A stretch of 58,350 bases of DNA, the filler included, from a bacterium (lineage in GTDB: Bacteria; UBP15; UBA6099; JAJRTR01): NCBI GenBank assembly GCA_024278215.1. It is 4 parts of 4 records of this genome, joined end to end, with 100 filler letters (N's around TTAATTAATTAA, not from the genome) between each part and the next. Parts side by side here need not be neighbours in the genome. Positions count along the whole stretch, not along the records: positions 1 to 10,342 come from JAJRTR010000017.1; positions 10,443 to 23,847 come from JAJRTR010000018.1; 2 more parts are not named here. The stretch is one strand, 5' to 3'. Below, piece by piece: positions 9,529 to 17,386 of the stretch (the stretch's first letter is position 1; every line of letters starts with the position of its first letter). A program made the translations under genes and the position numbers. The notes beneath the pieces were generated by a model. The model searched no databases, was not told the DNA's origin, and was given only the letters and a program-made list of their open reading frames with translations.

Positions 9529-10342
9529 ATGAGAAGGCTTATCCTGACAACAATGGCTATAATCCTGATGGCGGTGGTCTCACAAGCCGCTGTTTCCGGA
9601 CTTATAAATTACCAGGGGTACCTGAAGGAATCGGGGGTGGCGGTTACTGGGACGAAAAATATGTCCTTTTCACTTTATGATTCCGAGTCGGGAGGTTCTC
9701 TGCTGTGCTCGTCCGGCAGTCAGAGCATTACTGTGACAAAAGGGTTGTTCAATTATAAAATCGGTTCCGGTTCGTGCGATCTTTCAACTATCAACTGGCA
9801 GAATCCCGTTTATGTCGAGATTTCTGTGGAAGGGAATACCTTCACTCAGCGTGAACAAATAGCAGGTGCGGCTTATTCTCTCGATTCGGAAGCAGCGAAC
9901 GTGACATTCGAACCGGCGGGTGGAATATCAGCGACAGATGCGCAGGCGGCAATTGAAGAACTCGACAGCGAGAAACTCGCGCTCTCCGGCGGCTCGGTTT
10001 CGGGCAATCTCTCCGTTGTCGGGCAGGTGTCCATCTCCGGAGATTTGAGCCTGTCGTCAAATGTACTTGTGGCGGGCGATATTACGGCGACGACGGGTAC
10101 GATAACGGCGAATGCGTTCAGTGGCGACGGCTCGGCCCTGACTGGCGTGGTTGCGGCGGGAGCTGTCGCGAAAACCGGCGATGCAATGACGGGCGATCTG
10201 AATGTGGGCGCGGATGTGCTTGTGGCGGGCGACATAACGGCTGCGACGGGTACGATAACGGCGAATGCGTTCAGTGGCGACGGTTCTGCACTAACTGGCG
10301 TGACTGGAACAGATAATACGAAGCTGCCCACCACAGGCGGTA
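9529..10342 (+). CDS. Secreted phage-tail-fibre-like repeat protein (3' truncated at contig end)
   Basis: Signal peptide, INYQGYLK N-domain, 51-aa (153-bp) repeats with KTGDAMTGDL and FSGDGSALTGV; GAGGAGG RBS. Confidence 0.75.
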
Positions 10343-10442
10343 NNNNNNNNNNNNNNNNNNNNNNNNNNNNNNNNNNNNNNNNNNNNTTAATTAATTAANN
10401 NNNNNNNNNNNNNNNNNNNNNNNNNNNNNNNNNNNNNNNNNN
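10343..10442. other. Artificial contig linker N44-TTAATTAATTAA-N44
   Basis: Six-frame stop linker, identical at three sites. Confidence 0.98.
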
Positions 10443-10582
10443 AATTCTATGAACTCCGCCTGTCCCGCCAATGCCAGTATTCTCGTCATCGCGCTCGTCA
10501 GCGTCGTCTTCCCGTGATCCACATGTCCTATCGTCCCCACGTTTACGTGCGGTTTCGTTCTCTCGTATTTTTGCTTTGCCAT
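10443..10582 (-). CDS. tuf: Elongation factor Tu, N-terminal fragment (truncated at contig end)
   Basis: [37 protein letters not shown]; lies downstream of the four tRNAs. Confidence 0.97.
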
Positions 10583-10762
10583 TGTGCCGCTCCTCCAATT
10601 ATTCCGATTGACAGCCGACAGGCAGCATCCGGGATGCTGATAAATCCTGTCTTTCACAGTCAATCCTGCATTTCATCGCACAAAATCAGGCGTAGCTACG
10701 CCCATTTCCGAAACACTTAATTTCAGCTTTCTTTCCGCCGCTTGCTTTTTATATACTTCCAG

Positions 10763-10836
10763 AGCCAACGACCGGAGTTGAACCGGTGGCCTCATCCTTA
10801 CCAAGGATGCGCTCTAACCTCCTGAGCTACGTTGGC
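10763..10836 (-). tRNA. tRNA-Thr(GGT)
   Basis: GCCAACG acceptor stem, CATCC-TTGGTAA-GGATG anticodon arm, GGTTCAACTCC T-arm. Confidence 0.95.
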
Positions 10837-10854
10837 GACAGCCAGGAACTTATG

Positions 10855-10928
10855 AGCGGGAGACGGGATTCGAACCCGCGACCCTCAGCTTGGAAGGCTG
10901 ATGCTCTAGCCAGTTGAGCTACTCCCGC
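10855..10928 (-). tRNA. tRNA-Gly(TCC)
   Basis: GCGGGAG acceptor, TCAGC-CTTCCAA-GCTGA anticodon arm, GGTTCGAATCC. Confidence 0.96.
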
Positions 10929-10976
10929 GAAAAACCTTATAGTTTTACTTACTGCTCCTTTGCAGCCAGGAGTCAG

Positions 10977-11059
10977 TGGAGGGAATTGGATTCGAACCAA
11001 TGTAGACTTACGCCAGCAGGTTTACAGCCTGCCCCCTTTAGCCACTCGGGCATCCCTCC
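10977..11059 (-). tRNA. tRNA-Tyr(GTA)
   Basis: GGAGGGA acceptor, GCAGG-CTGTAAA-CCTGC anticodon arm, long variable arm, GGTTCGAATCC. Confidence 0.95.
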
Positions 11060-11092
11060 GTCGTACTTAACTCTGCAAGCCGAAGCCGCAAG

Positions 11093-11165
11093 AGCCGGCG
11101 ATCCGATTTGAACGGACGACCTGCTGATTACAAATCAGCTGCTCTACCAACTGAGCTACACCGGC
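11093..11165 (-). tRNA. tRNA-Thr(TGT)
   Basis: GCCGGTG acceptor, TAGCTCAGTTGGTAGAGC D-arm, CTGAT-TTGTAAT-CAG anticodon arm. Confidence 0.95.
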
Positions 11166-11435
11166 ATATCCGCCCAGACGCAAGATAACATTCTAATATA
11201 GTTTCCCCTCAAGTCAATAAATTTTCAGTTTTTTTTCATCGCCGCCTATTCTGCAATATTTTAGTGATTGGGGCCGATTGCCGACCATGATAATAACAAC
11301 CGGTCGCAGTGGAAATAATACTGCAATCGGTATATTTGCCTATATTTTATGTTAGGCCTTGCATGTATAATATAAGGTTTATATAATAGCTACGGAAAAA
11401 GTGTGACTTAAGAAATTTTGGAAGAGGTAACAACT

Positions 11436-12449
11436 TTGGCGGATGAGAAAGTTCTGGATTCGGTACTTAAGCAGATAACGAAGCAGTTCGGCGAAGGTTC
11501 TATAATGAAGATGGGCGACTCACGGGTGAGGGCTACCGAGTCCATCCCCACAGGATCGCTTTCACTTGATATGGCGCTCGGCATAGGCGGAGTGCCCAAG
11601 GGCAGGATGATAGAAATATTCGGCTCCGAAGCTTCAGGAAAGACCACGCTTGCTCTGCATATTGTTGCGAACTGCCAGAAAATGGGCGGTACCTGCGCTT
11701 TCATTGACGCAGAACACGCCCTTGATCCCGTATACGCCAATAATCTTGGTGTAGATATCGACAATCTTCTCATTTCACAACCGGATACCGGAGAACAGGG
11801 GCTTGAGATAACCGACATGCTGGTGCGCAGCGGAACCATCGAGCTTGTAGTGATCGACTCGGTGGCAGCGCTGGTGCCGAGAGCGGAACTCGAAGGCGAG
11901 ATGGGCGACTCACACATCGGACTGCAGGCCAGACTCATGAGCCAGGCACTAAGGAAGCTCTCCGGCAATGTCAGCAAGACGAGAGCATGTATTGTGTTCA
12001 TCAACCAAGTCCGCGAAAAAATCGGTGTGATGTTCGGAAGCCCCCTGACGACACCCGGCGGCAGAGCCCTGAAATTTGCTTCCTCGGTACGCATACAGGT
12101 CAGCAGGATTGAGAATCTCAAAAAAGGAACCGAGATTATCGGTTCGAGGACAATTGCCAAGGTGGTGAAAAACAAGTTCGCGCCACCCTTCAGGAAAGCC
12201 GAGTTCGATATACGATTTGGCGAAGGCATCTGCCCCTACAGCAATACGCTGGACCTTGCGCTACAGGAAAAGATTGTCACCCAGCGGGGTTCCTGGTTTA
12301 CCTACGGAGATGAACGTATCGGCCAGGGCCGCGAAAAAGTGCGGTTAACATTGAAAGAAAGTCCGGATATGTACGAGGAGATAAATGCTAAAGTGCGCGA
12401 AAGCCTGGGGATAATACCCAAAAAGGAAGATGAATCGTCAGGCGAGTGA
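11436..12449 (+). CDS. recA: Recombinase RecA
   Basis: [47 protein letters not shown] start at 11436 chosen for its GAGG RBS. Confidence 0.99.
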   Translation: MADEKVLDSVLKQITKQFGEGSIMKMGDSRVRATESIPTGSLSLDMALGIGGVPKGRMIEIFGSEASGKTTLALHIVANCQKMGGTCAFIDAEHALDPVYANNLGVDIDNLLISQPDTGEQGLEITDMLVRSGTIELVVIDSVAALVPRAELEGEMGDSHIGLQARLMSQALRKLSGNVSKTRACIVFINQVREKIGVMFGSPLTTPGGRALKFASSVRIQVSRIENLKKGTEIIGSRTIAKVVKNKFAPPFRKAEFDIRFGEGICPYSNTLDLALQEKIVTQRGSWFTYGDERIGQGREKVRLTLKESPDMYEEINAKVRESLGIIPKKEDESSGE

Positions 12450-12797
12450 TTTTGCGCGTTGCTCAGCGTTGTTCCGGCTTCGACTTTCTGCCTCTTTCCA
12501 TATATACAAAGTCACAAAACAGCTGAATTTAGGGAAATATACCCTGAAGGCGCCTGGGTAGCCGGTAGTTTCTCATTGTTTCATTATTATCGGCGATTTT
12601 CATTTCGTGTCGATTACCCGGTGAGTAAGGACTATATCCGAAACGGATCAGCCCGCGTATTTCACCGGCGGCAGTGTGGTTCACGGCAATGTACTTTGCT
12701 TTTAAAGGGCGATTCGTACAGCCTGAACCAGCCCGGAATGAATGCTCCCATGAATTTCTCAAGAGATTCATGACGGCGCTTGCTTTCGGAAGGGGAG

Positions 12798-14348
12798 GTG
12801 AGCAGCATCAACACTGTAATCCCAGTACTGGTAGGATTGTTGGCACTTGTCGCCGGACTCGCGGTTGGATACCAGATGGCAAAAAAGGCATTCGACGCGC
12901 GGGCGGAACTGCTCAAGGCAGACACTGAAAAAGTTGAGCGTGACGCACGCAAAGAAGCGGAATCCAAGGCCAGAGAAATAATCATCAACGCCAAGGACGA
13001 ATCGCACAGCATCATGAAAAATGCCGAGCGCGACGCACGCAGAAAACAGAGTGAGATCGACAAGCTGCAACACCGCCTGAACCAGAAGGAAGAGAATCTC
13101 GACAAACGTGCCGAGACGCTCGAAAAAAAGGAAGACAAGATCCGCGCAAGAGAGGAGAGGTCCGTGGCCCTCGAGAAACAAATCGAGGAGGCTCTCGCGG
13201 AACAGAAAAGCAAACTCCAGGAGATATCAGGGTTCACTGCGGAACAGGCCCGCGACTATCTCTTAAGTTCCATGGACAAAGAGCTGCAGAAGGAATACGC
13301 AACCAAGATCAAGGAATACGGCGACCGTATGAAGCACGAATCGAGCCGCCGCGCCCAGCAGATCATCTCGATGGCGATCCAGCGTTGCGGGGTAGACCAT
13401 GTATCTGAAAGCACGGTCTCGGTAGTCGCTCTTCCGAGCGACGACATGAAGGGCCGCATTATCGGACGCGAGGGCCGCAACATACGCGCCTTCGAAACTC
13501 TCACAGGTGTCGACCTCGTCGTCGACGACACACCTGAAGCAGTTGTCATTTCCTCGTTCGACCCGATCCGCAGGGAAGTGGCGCGACTCTCGCTGGAGAA
13601 ACTCGTCTCCGACGGTCGCATCCACCCCGCACGTATCGAAGAGGTTATCGAAAAAACACGTGTGGAACTGGACACTACCATCATCCAGGAAGGCGAAAAA
13701 GCATCTTTCGACCTCAAAATCACCGACCTGCACCCCGAGTTGGTCAAACTGATCGGCAGATTGAAGTACCGCACCAGCTACGGACAGAATGTGCTCCAGC
13801 ACTCGATCGAAGTGGCATTGCTTGCCGGCGCCATGGCGGCAGACCTGGACGTTTCGGTCCAACTGGCAAAACGCGGCGGACTCCTCCACGACATCGGCAA
13901 AGCTGTCGATTTCGAGGTCGAAGGCCCCCACGCTCTCATCGGCGGCGACCTTGCAAAGCGTTACCGCGAACACAAGGGTATCGTCCACATCATCGCCAGC
14001 CACCACATGGACATCGAGCAGCAGACGATCGAAGCCATTCTTGTGCAGGTGGCCGACGCCATCTCGGGCTCGCGCCCCGGCGCGCGCCGCGAAGACCTCG
14101 ACTCCTACATCACTCGACTCACACGTCTCGAAGACCTGGCGACGGAATTCGAGGGTGTCGACAAAGCTTTCGCTATCCAGGCAGGCCGCGAAGTGCGCAT
14201 CATGGTCAGGCCCGACCAGATCGACGACGACACAGCGATCATCATGGCACGTAACATCGCCAACAAGATCGAGCATGACCTGTCGTATCCCGGTCAGATC
14301 AAAGTCAATGTTATACGCGAAACACGGGCGATCGAATACGCGAAGTAA
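12798..14348 (+). CDS. rny: Ribonuclease Y
   Basis: N-terminal TM helix, coiled coil, KH domain ([13 protein letters not shown]), HD domain (LLHDIGK), C-terminal [15 protein letters not shown]. Confidence 0.98.
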   Translation: MSSINTVIPVLVGLLALVAGLAVGYQMAKKAFDARAELLKADTEKVERDARKEAESKAREIIINAKDESHSIMKNAERDARRKQSEIDKLQHRLNQKEENLDKRAETLEKKEDKIRAREERSVALEKQIEEALAEQKSKLQEISGFTAEQARDYLLSSMDKELQKEYATKIKEYGDRMKHESSRRAQQIISMAIQRCGVDHVSESTVSVVALPSDDMKGRIIGREGRNIRAFETLTGVDLVVDDTPEAVVISSFDPIRREVARLSLEKLVSDGRIHPARIEEVIEKTRVELDTTIIQEGEKASFDLKITDLHPELVKLIGRLKYRTSYGQNVLQHSIEVALLAGAMAADLDVSVQLAKRGGLLHDIGKAVDFEVEGPHALIGGDLAKRYREHKGIVHIIASHHMDIEQQTIEAILVQVADAISGSRPGARREDLDSYITRLTRLEDLATEFEGVDKAFAIQAGREVRIMVRPDQIDDDTAIIMARNIANKIEHDLSYPGQIKVNVIRETRAIEYAK

Positions 14349-14407
14349 GAACAGTATTACTGTAAAGAAGCAGTTTATTGGGGATTTTTATATCAGCAAG
14401 ACAGAAA

Positions 14408-14455
14408 GAAGAGCCTCCCGGCCAGAAGATTCACAATGCCGGGAGGTTTTCTTTT
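14408..14455 (+). terminator. Intrinsic terminator after rny
   Basis: GAGCCTCCCGGC...GCCGGGAGGTTTTCTTTT hairpin with T-tract. Confidence 0.7.
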
Positions 14456-14532
14456 CGGGGAGCTTTCGAATATCCTGTACATTCCGGATAAATGATCCTG
14501 AAATCCTTCGCAAGTTCGCTATTGTTTCCAGT

Positions 14533-14733
14533 TAACCCGCATATTTCTACCGATGCGGGTGAAAAACCGGAAGAATGCCCATAATACAAGGCAAGTGAAT
14601 GGTGAGGGAGCAGCCGGCCCACTAGCCTCCTGCGCAAAATGCAGGTATGCGACCGATCCCGAATCGCCGCCGCAATGCAGTAGAATGGGCATTCTCACGG
14701 TTTTCCGTATTTCTTTGTGAGAAATCCAGTTTA
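14533..14733. repeat. Family B element, copy 2
   Basis: Matches 9301-9481, with a short insertion in the apical hairpin; its end overlaps the stop codon of the 14731 gene. Confidence 0.85.
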
Positions 14734-15681
14734 GTTGCCGGTGTCTTCTGTTCTGGGGTGATACTTTTTGTGGAAGGCGGTCTCTTCGGCGCGCCACTTG
14801 TGTTTTTCAATGAGTTTTACGTATGTCTCCGCGTTTTTTATTGCCTTCTCGTCGACCGGCACGAAATGTCCGTCGATCAGTTGGAATGCGAATTTGAATG
14901 CCGCGAAGTCTTTATCCTTGTGCGCGTTGAGCAGTGTTTTGCGAATCCTGGCGATCATTTCCGGTGGCACGGTGCGCCAGGCGACAAAGACCCATGCGGG
15001 CGACGCTTCCGTGCATACCAGAGGTTCGAAATCTATATCTTTTCTCTGTGTCTGGCCCGAAATTCGCATGACGGATGAATATGCGATGAACGAATCTATA
15101 TCACCGTTCGTAAGTTCTTCGACAAGATTTGTTACGGGTGCGTCGGTCACATAATTGATGGATGAAAAGAATTCGTCGAGCGGTTCGTCTACGCCGTTTG
15201 TGTACATGATGTATCTCATGGGTATCAGACGAGGGCCGGCCCATTTTGTGCCGCGAAGCTGCTTGATGTTCTCGAATTTGCCTTTTTTCGTGTAAACACA
15301 TTGCTGGAGAGTGGTTTTTCGATCAATGGCGAGCATGAAAAGGGGGATAAGGTCTTTTTTCCCGCTCAGCCTGTATTCGGCGTACTCATCGCCGTTTATA
15401 TAGCTGATGTGAGAGCCGCCTTTCTGAAAATCTTCCAGCACAAGATCTATTATTTTGTCGCCGTAACGGTAGACAAGCTTCTTTGATGTAATGTTCGCGT
15501 CGAGTTTTTCCCCGAGAACCCGCGCAATATCTTCAAGGTATTTTGTGATCGCGGTATTTTCGAGGCCTTCCACCATCGGCACGGCCAGCACGTAGTTCTC
15601 ACCCGACGCGTGTACCGGCATCACAGAGAGGATGAAAGTGAAAAAACATATTGTACAGGTTGAAAAAAATATAGTTTTCAT
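14731..15681 (-). CDS. Periplasmic binding-protein fold (PhnD/phosphonate-binding-like)
   Basis: Signal peptide; 'IKQLRGTK', 'LTNGDIDSF' and 'VPPEMIARIRKTLLNAHKD' resemble PhnD-family segments. Confidence 0.55.
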   Translation of the reverse strand: MKTIFFSTCTICFFTFILSVMPVHASGENYVLAVPMVEGLENTAITKYLEDIARVLGEKLDANITSKKLVYRYGDKIIDLVLEDFQKGGSHISYINGDEYAEYRLSGKKDLIPLFMLAIDRKTTLQQCVYTKKGKFENIKQLRGTKWAGPRLIPMRYIMYTNGVDEPLDEFFSSINYVTDAPVTNLVEELTNGDIDSFIAYSSVMRISGQTQRKDIDFEPLVCTEASPAWVFVAWRTVPPEMIARIRKTLLNAHKDKDFAAFKFAFQLIDGHFVPVDEKAIKNAETYVKLIEKHKWRAEETAFHKKYHPRTEDTGN

Positions 15682-15782
15682 TATTTGATGCGCCTCGAAA
15701 GAGAATTATATCATGATGTATATTGTCGAACAAGTTTCAACACCTCGTCGGCCGGCGGTGCGGAATGAGTGGGGAAGACGGC

Positions 15783-15832
15783 GCAGAAAAGACGTATAAA
15801 ACAAGTGCAGGGCGTGGGGCACCGTACTTCGC
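15783..15832. repeat. Partial family C element
   Basis: AGAAAAGACGTA...AAGTGCAGGGCGTGGGGCACCGTAC matches about 185-250. Confidence 0.55.
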
Positions 15833-15836
15833 ACGG

Positions 15837-17333
15837 TCAGATTCCCAACAAAGGAATCCCGGTCGGCAACGAGGTTATTCTTCCATACGGGTCGAGCTGG
15901 AACTCCGACTCGCCTTCCTCATGCTCGGTGTTATCTTCATAAGCGGGTATGCTGCCCTGGTAATACATTAGCGGATCAGATGACATTTTCGTCGTCCCGG
16001 TCGCCTCTTCAGGAGGTATGACATTTTCAATGGATTCCGGCTTTTGGGATACGGACGGCGAACCTTCCATCTCGAATTCCGATTCGAACTCCGGCTCTGG
16101 TGTTTTTTCCATAATCGTTGCCGGCGCGGCGATTTCCGATGCTTTTTTAAGCATTTTCACTTCGCCTGTGTTTTCCTCTTCCGCAACGATTTTTTTCTTT
16201 TTATCACGTGAAGACTTTTTGTTTTTTGTTTTTTTGTCTTTGGCTTTTGCCGAACGTTTTTTCTTCGGCTTTTCGGTTTTTTCATCGGTGACATCTTTTT
16301 TGCGTTTCGATTCAGGTCTTTTCGAGCGCGAAGGTTTCGCTTTCTCTTTCGCTGGTTGTTTCTTTTTCGGCAGGTCGAGTTTCGGTTTGGGTTTGCGGCG
16401 CGAGGAAGGTGTGAGGTAACTTACGGAAATTTTGGACAGGTTGCCTGATTCGTCGTCGTTGTTGAAGGCGTAGTCGACCTGGAAGCTGTCGTAATTGAGG
16501 CCGACGCCGGCGGAGAATTCGCCGTCGTTGCTGCCGAGGCGGGCAGTGAAGTTCTGCGCAAGCGTGTATTCCGCGCCGATAGAGAAAAGAGTGTCGTCGA
16601 GGTAGTCAGTGTCAAACTGAGCGGAAAGAAGCAGTTTTTCGTCCATAAACCTGTCGGAAGCGCCGAGCCGGATGTTGAAGGGGACGACATCCGTGCCGAT
16701 GTCCATGTCGGCGACGTTCTGGAAGACGAGTCCGACGCGGCGGTTTTCGTTGAATTTCTGCATGAAACCGATGTCGAAGCCGATGCCGGACGCGCTGTAG
16801 CCTGCGACTTTCTGTTTTACTGATTTTATCGTAGCGCCTGCCGACAGGCCGTCGCGCATACGCCAGGGCACGGCATAGGATAGTGAAAAAGCGAATTCGT
16901 CGGAGTCGATGACGTCGGTAGGCACCAGGCGCCCGGTGGTGGAATCCGTACCCGTGACAATAGCGTTGCCGAGTGTGGAATATACGAGATTAAAGCCGAA
17001 AGTCGAGTTTTCAAGAGGCAGGGCAAAGCTGAGTGTCTGTGTTGTGGTGTCGAGGTCGAAAACGGAACGTGACGAGCGCGTGGAAGTGAATTCGTTGCCG
17101 CGCAGGTAATAGAGGCCGGCGGGGTTCCAGTATACGGCGCTGACGTCGTCGGCGAGTCCGGAGAAGGCGTTGCCCATGCCGAACACGCGGGCGGAGGATC
17201 CGTCGATAAAGAAGTCGGTCACAGCGAACGACTCGCCGCTCTGCTGCGCGGCGGTTGCGAGGTTCACAGCCATAGCGAGCATCAGCACGGTCGCGATGAG
17301 AGTGGTGTTTCTTTTAAGTAATTTGTTTTTCAT
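15837..17333 (-). CDS. PorV/PorQ (UPF0164/FadL-like) outer-membrane barrel with charged C-terminal tail
   Basis: Signal peptide then GSSARVFGMGNAFSGLADDVSAVYWNPAGL signature; G.DIG, QNV, QVDYAF strands. Confidence 0.85.
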   Translation of the reverse strand: MKNKLLKRNTTLIATVLMLAMAVNLATAAQQSGESFAVTDFFIDGSSARVFGMGNAFSGLADDVSAVYWNPAGLYYLRGNEFTSTRSSRSVFDLDTTTQTLSFALPLENSTFGFNLVYSTLGNAIVTGTDSTTGRLVPTDVIDSDEFAFSLSYAVPWRMRDGLSAGATIKSVKQKVAGYSASGIGFDIGFMQKFNENRRVGLVFQNVADMDIGTDVVPFNIRLGASDRFMDEKLLLSAQFDTDYLDDTLFSIGAEYTLAQNFTARLGSNDGEFSAGVGLNYDSFQVDYAFNNDDESGNLSKISVSYLTPSSRRKPKPKLDLPKKKQPAKEKAKPSRSKRPESKRKKDVTDEKTEKPKKKRSAKAKDKKTKNKKSSRDKKKKIVAEEENTGEVKMLKKASEIAAPATIMEKTPEPEFESEFEMEGSPSVSQKPESIENVIPPEEATGTTKMSSDPLMYYQGSIPAYEDNTEHEEGESEFQLDPYGRITSLPTGIPLLGI

Positions 17334-17386
17334 ACTATGTTTATGCCTCGATTTAGAATCCGGTTTTAACCGTAAAGATTGTCTGT

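Noticed and set aside
10343-10442. TTAATTAATTAA palindromes flanked by N runs (also 23848 and 45070)
   Set aside because: Synthetic six-frame-stop linkers. ORF ends and gene adjacencies across them, such as fibre gene to giant CTD protein, are not evidence.
11230-11400. LexA/SOS box upstream of recA
   Set aside because: Only partial CTG/CAG-like words; no convincing palindrome of a known type.
13263-14276. Long antisense or alternate-frame ORFs (also 2035-2898, 19274-20251, 21774-22952, 47940-49043, 56024-57142)
   Set aside because: Shadows of strongly supported genes, with no recognisable motifs.
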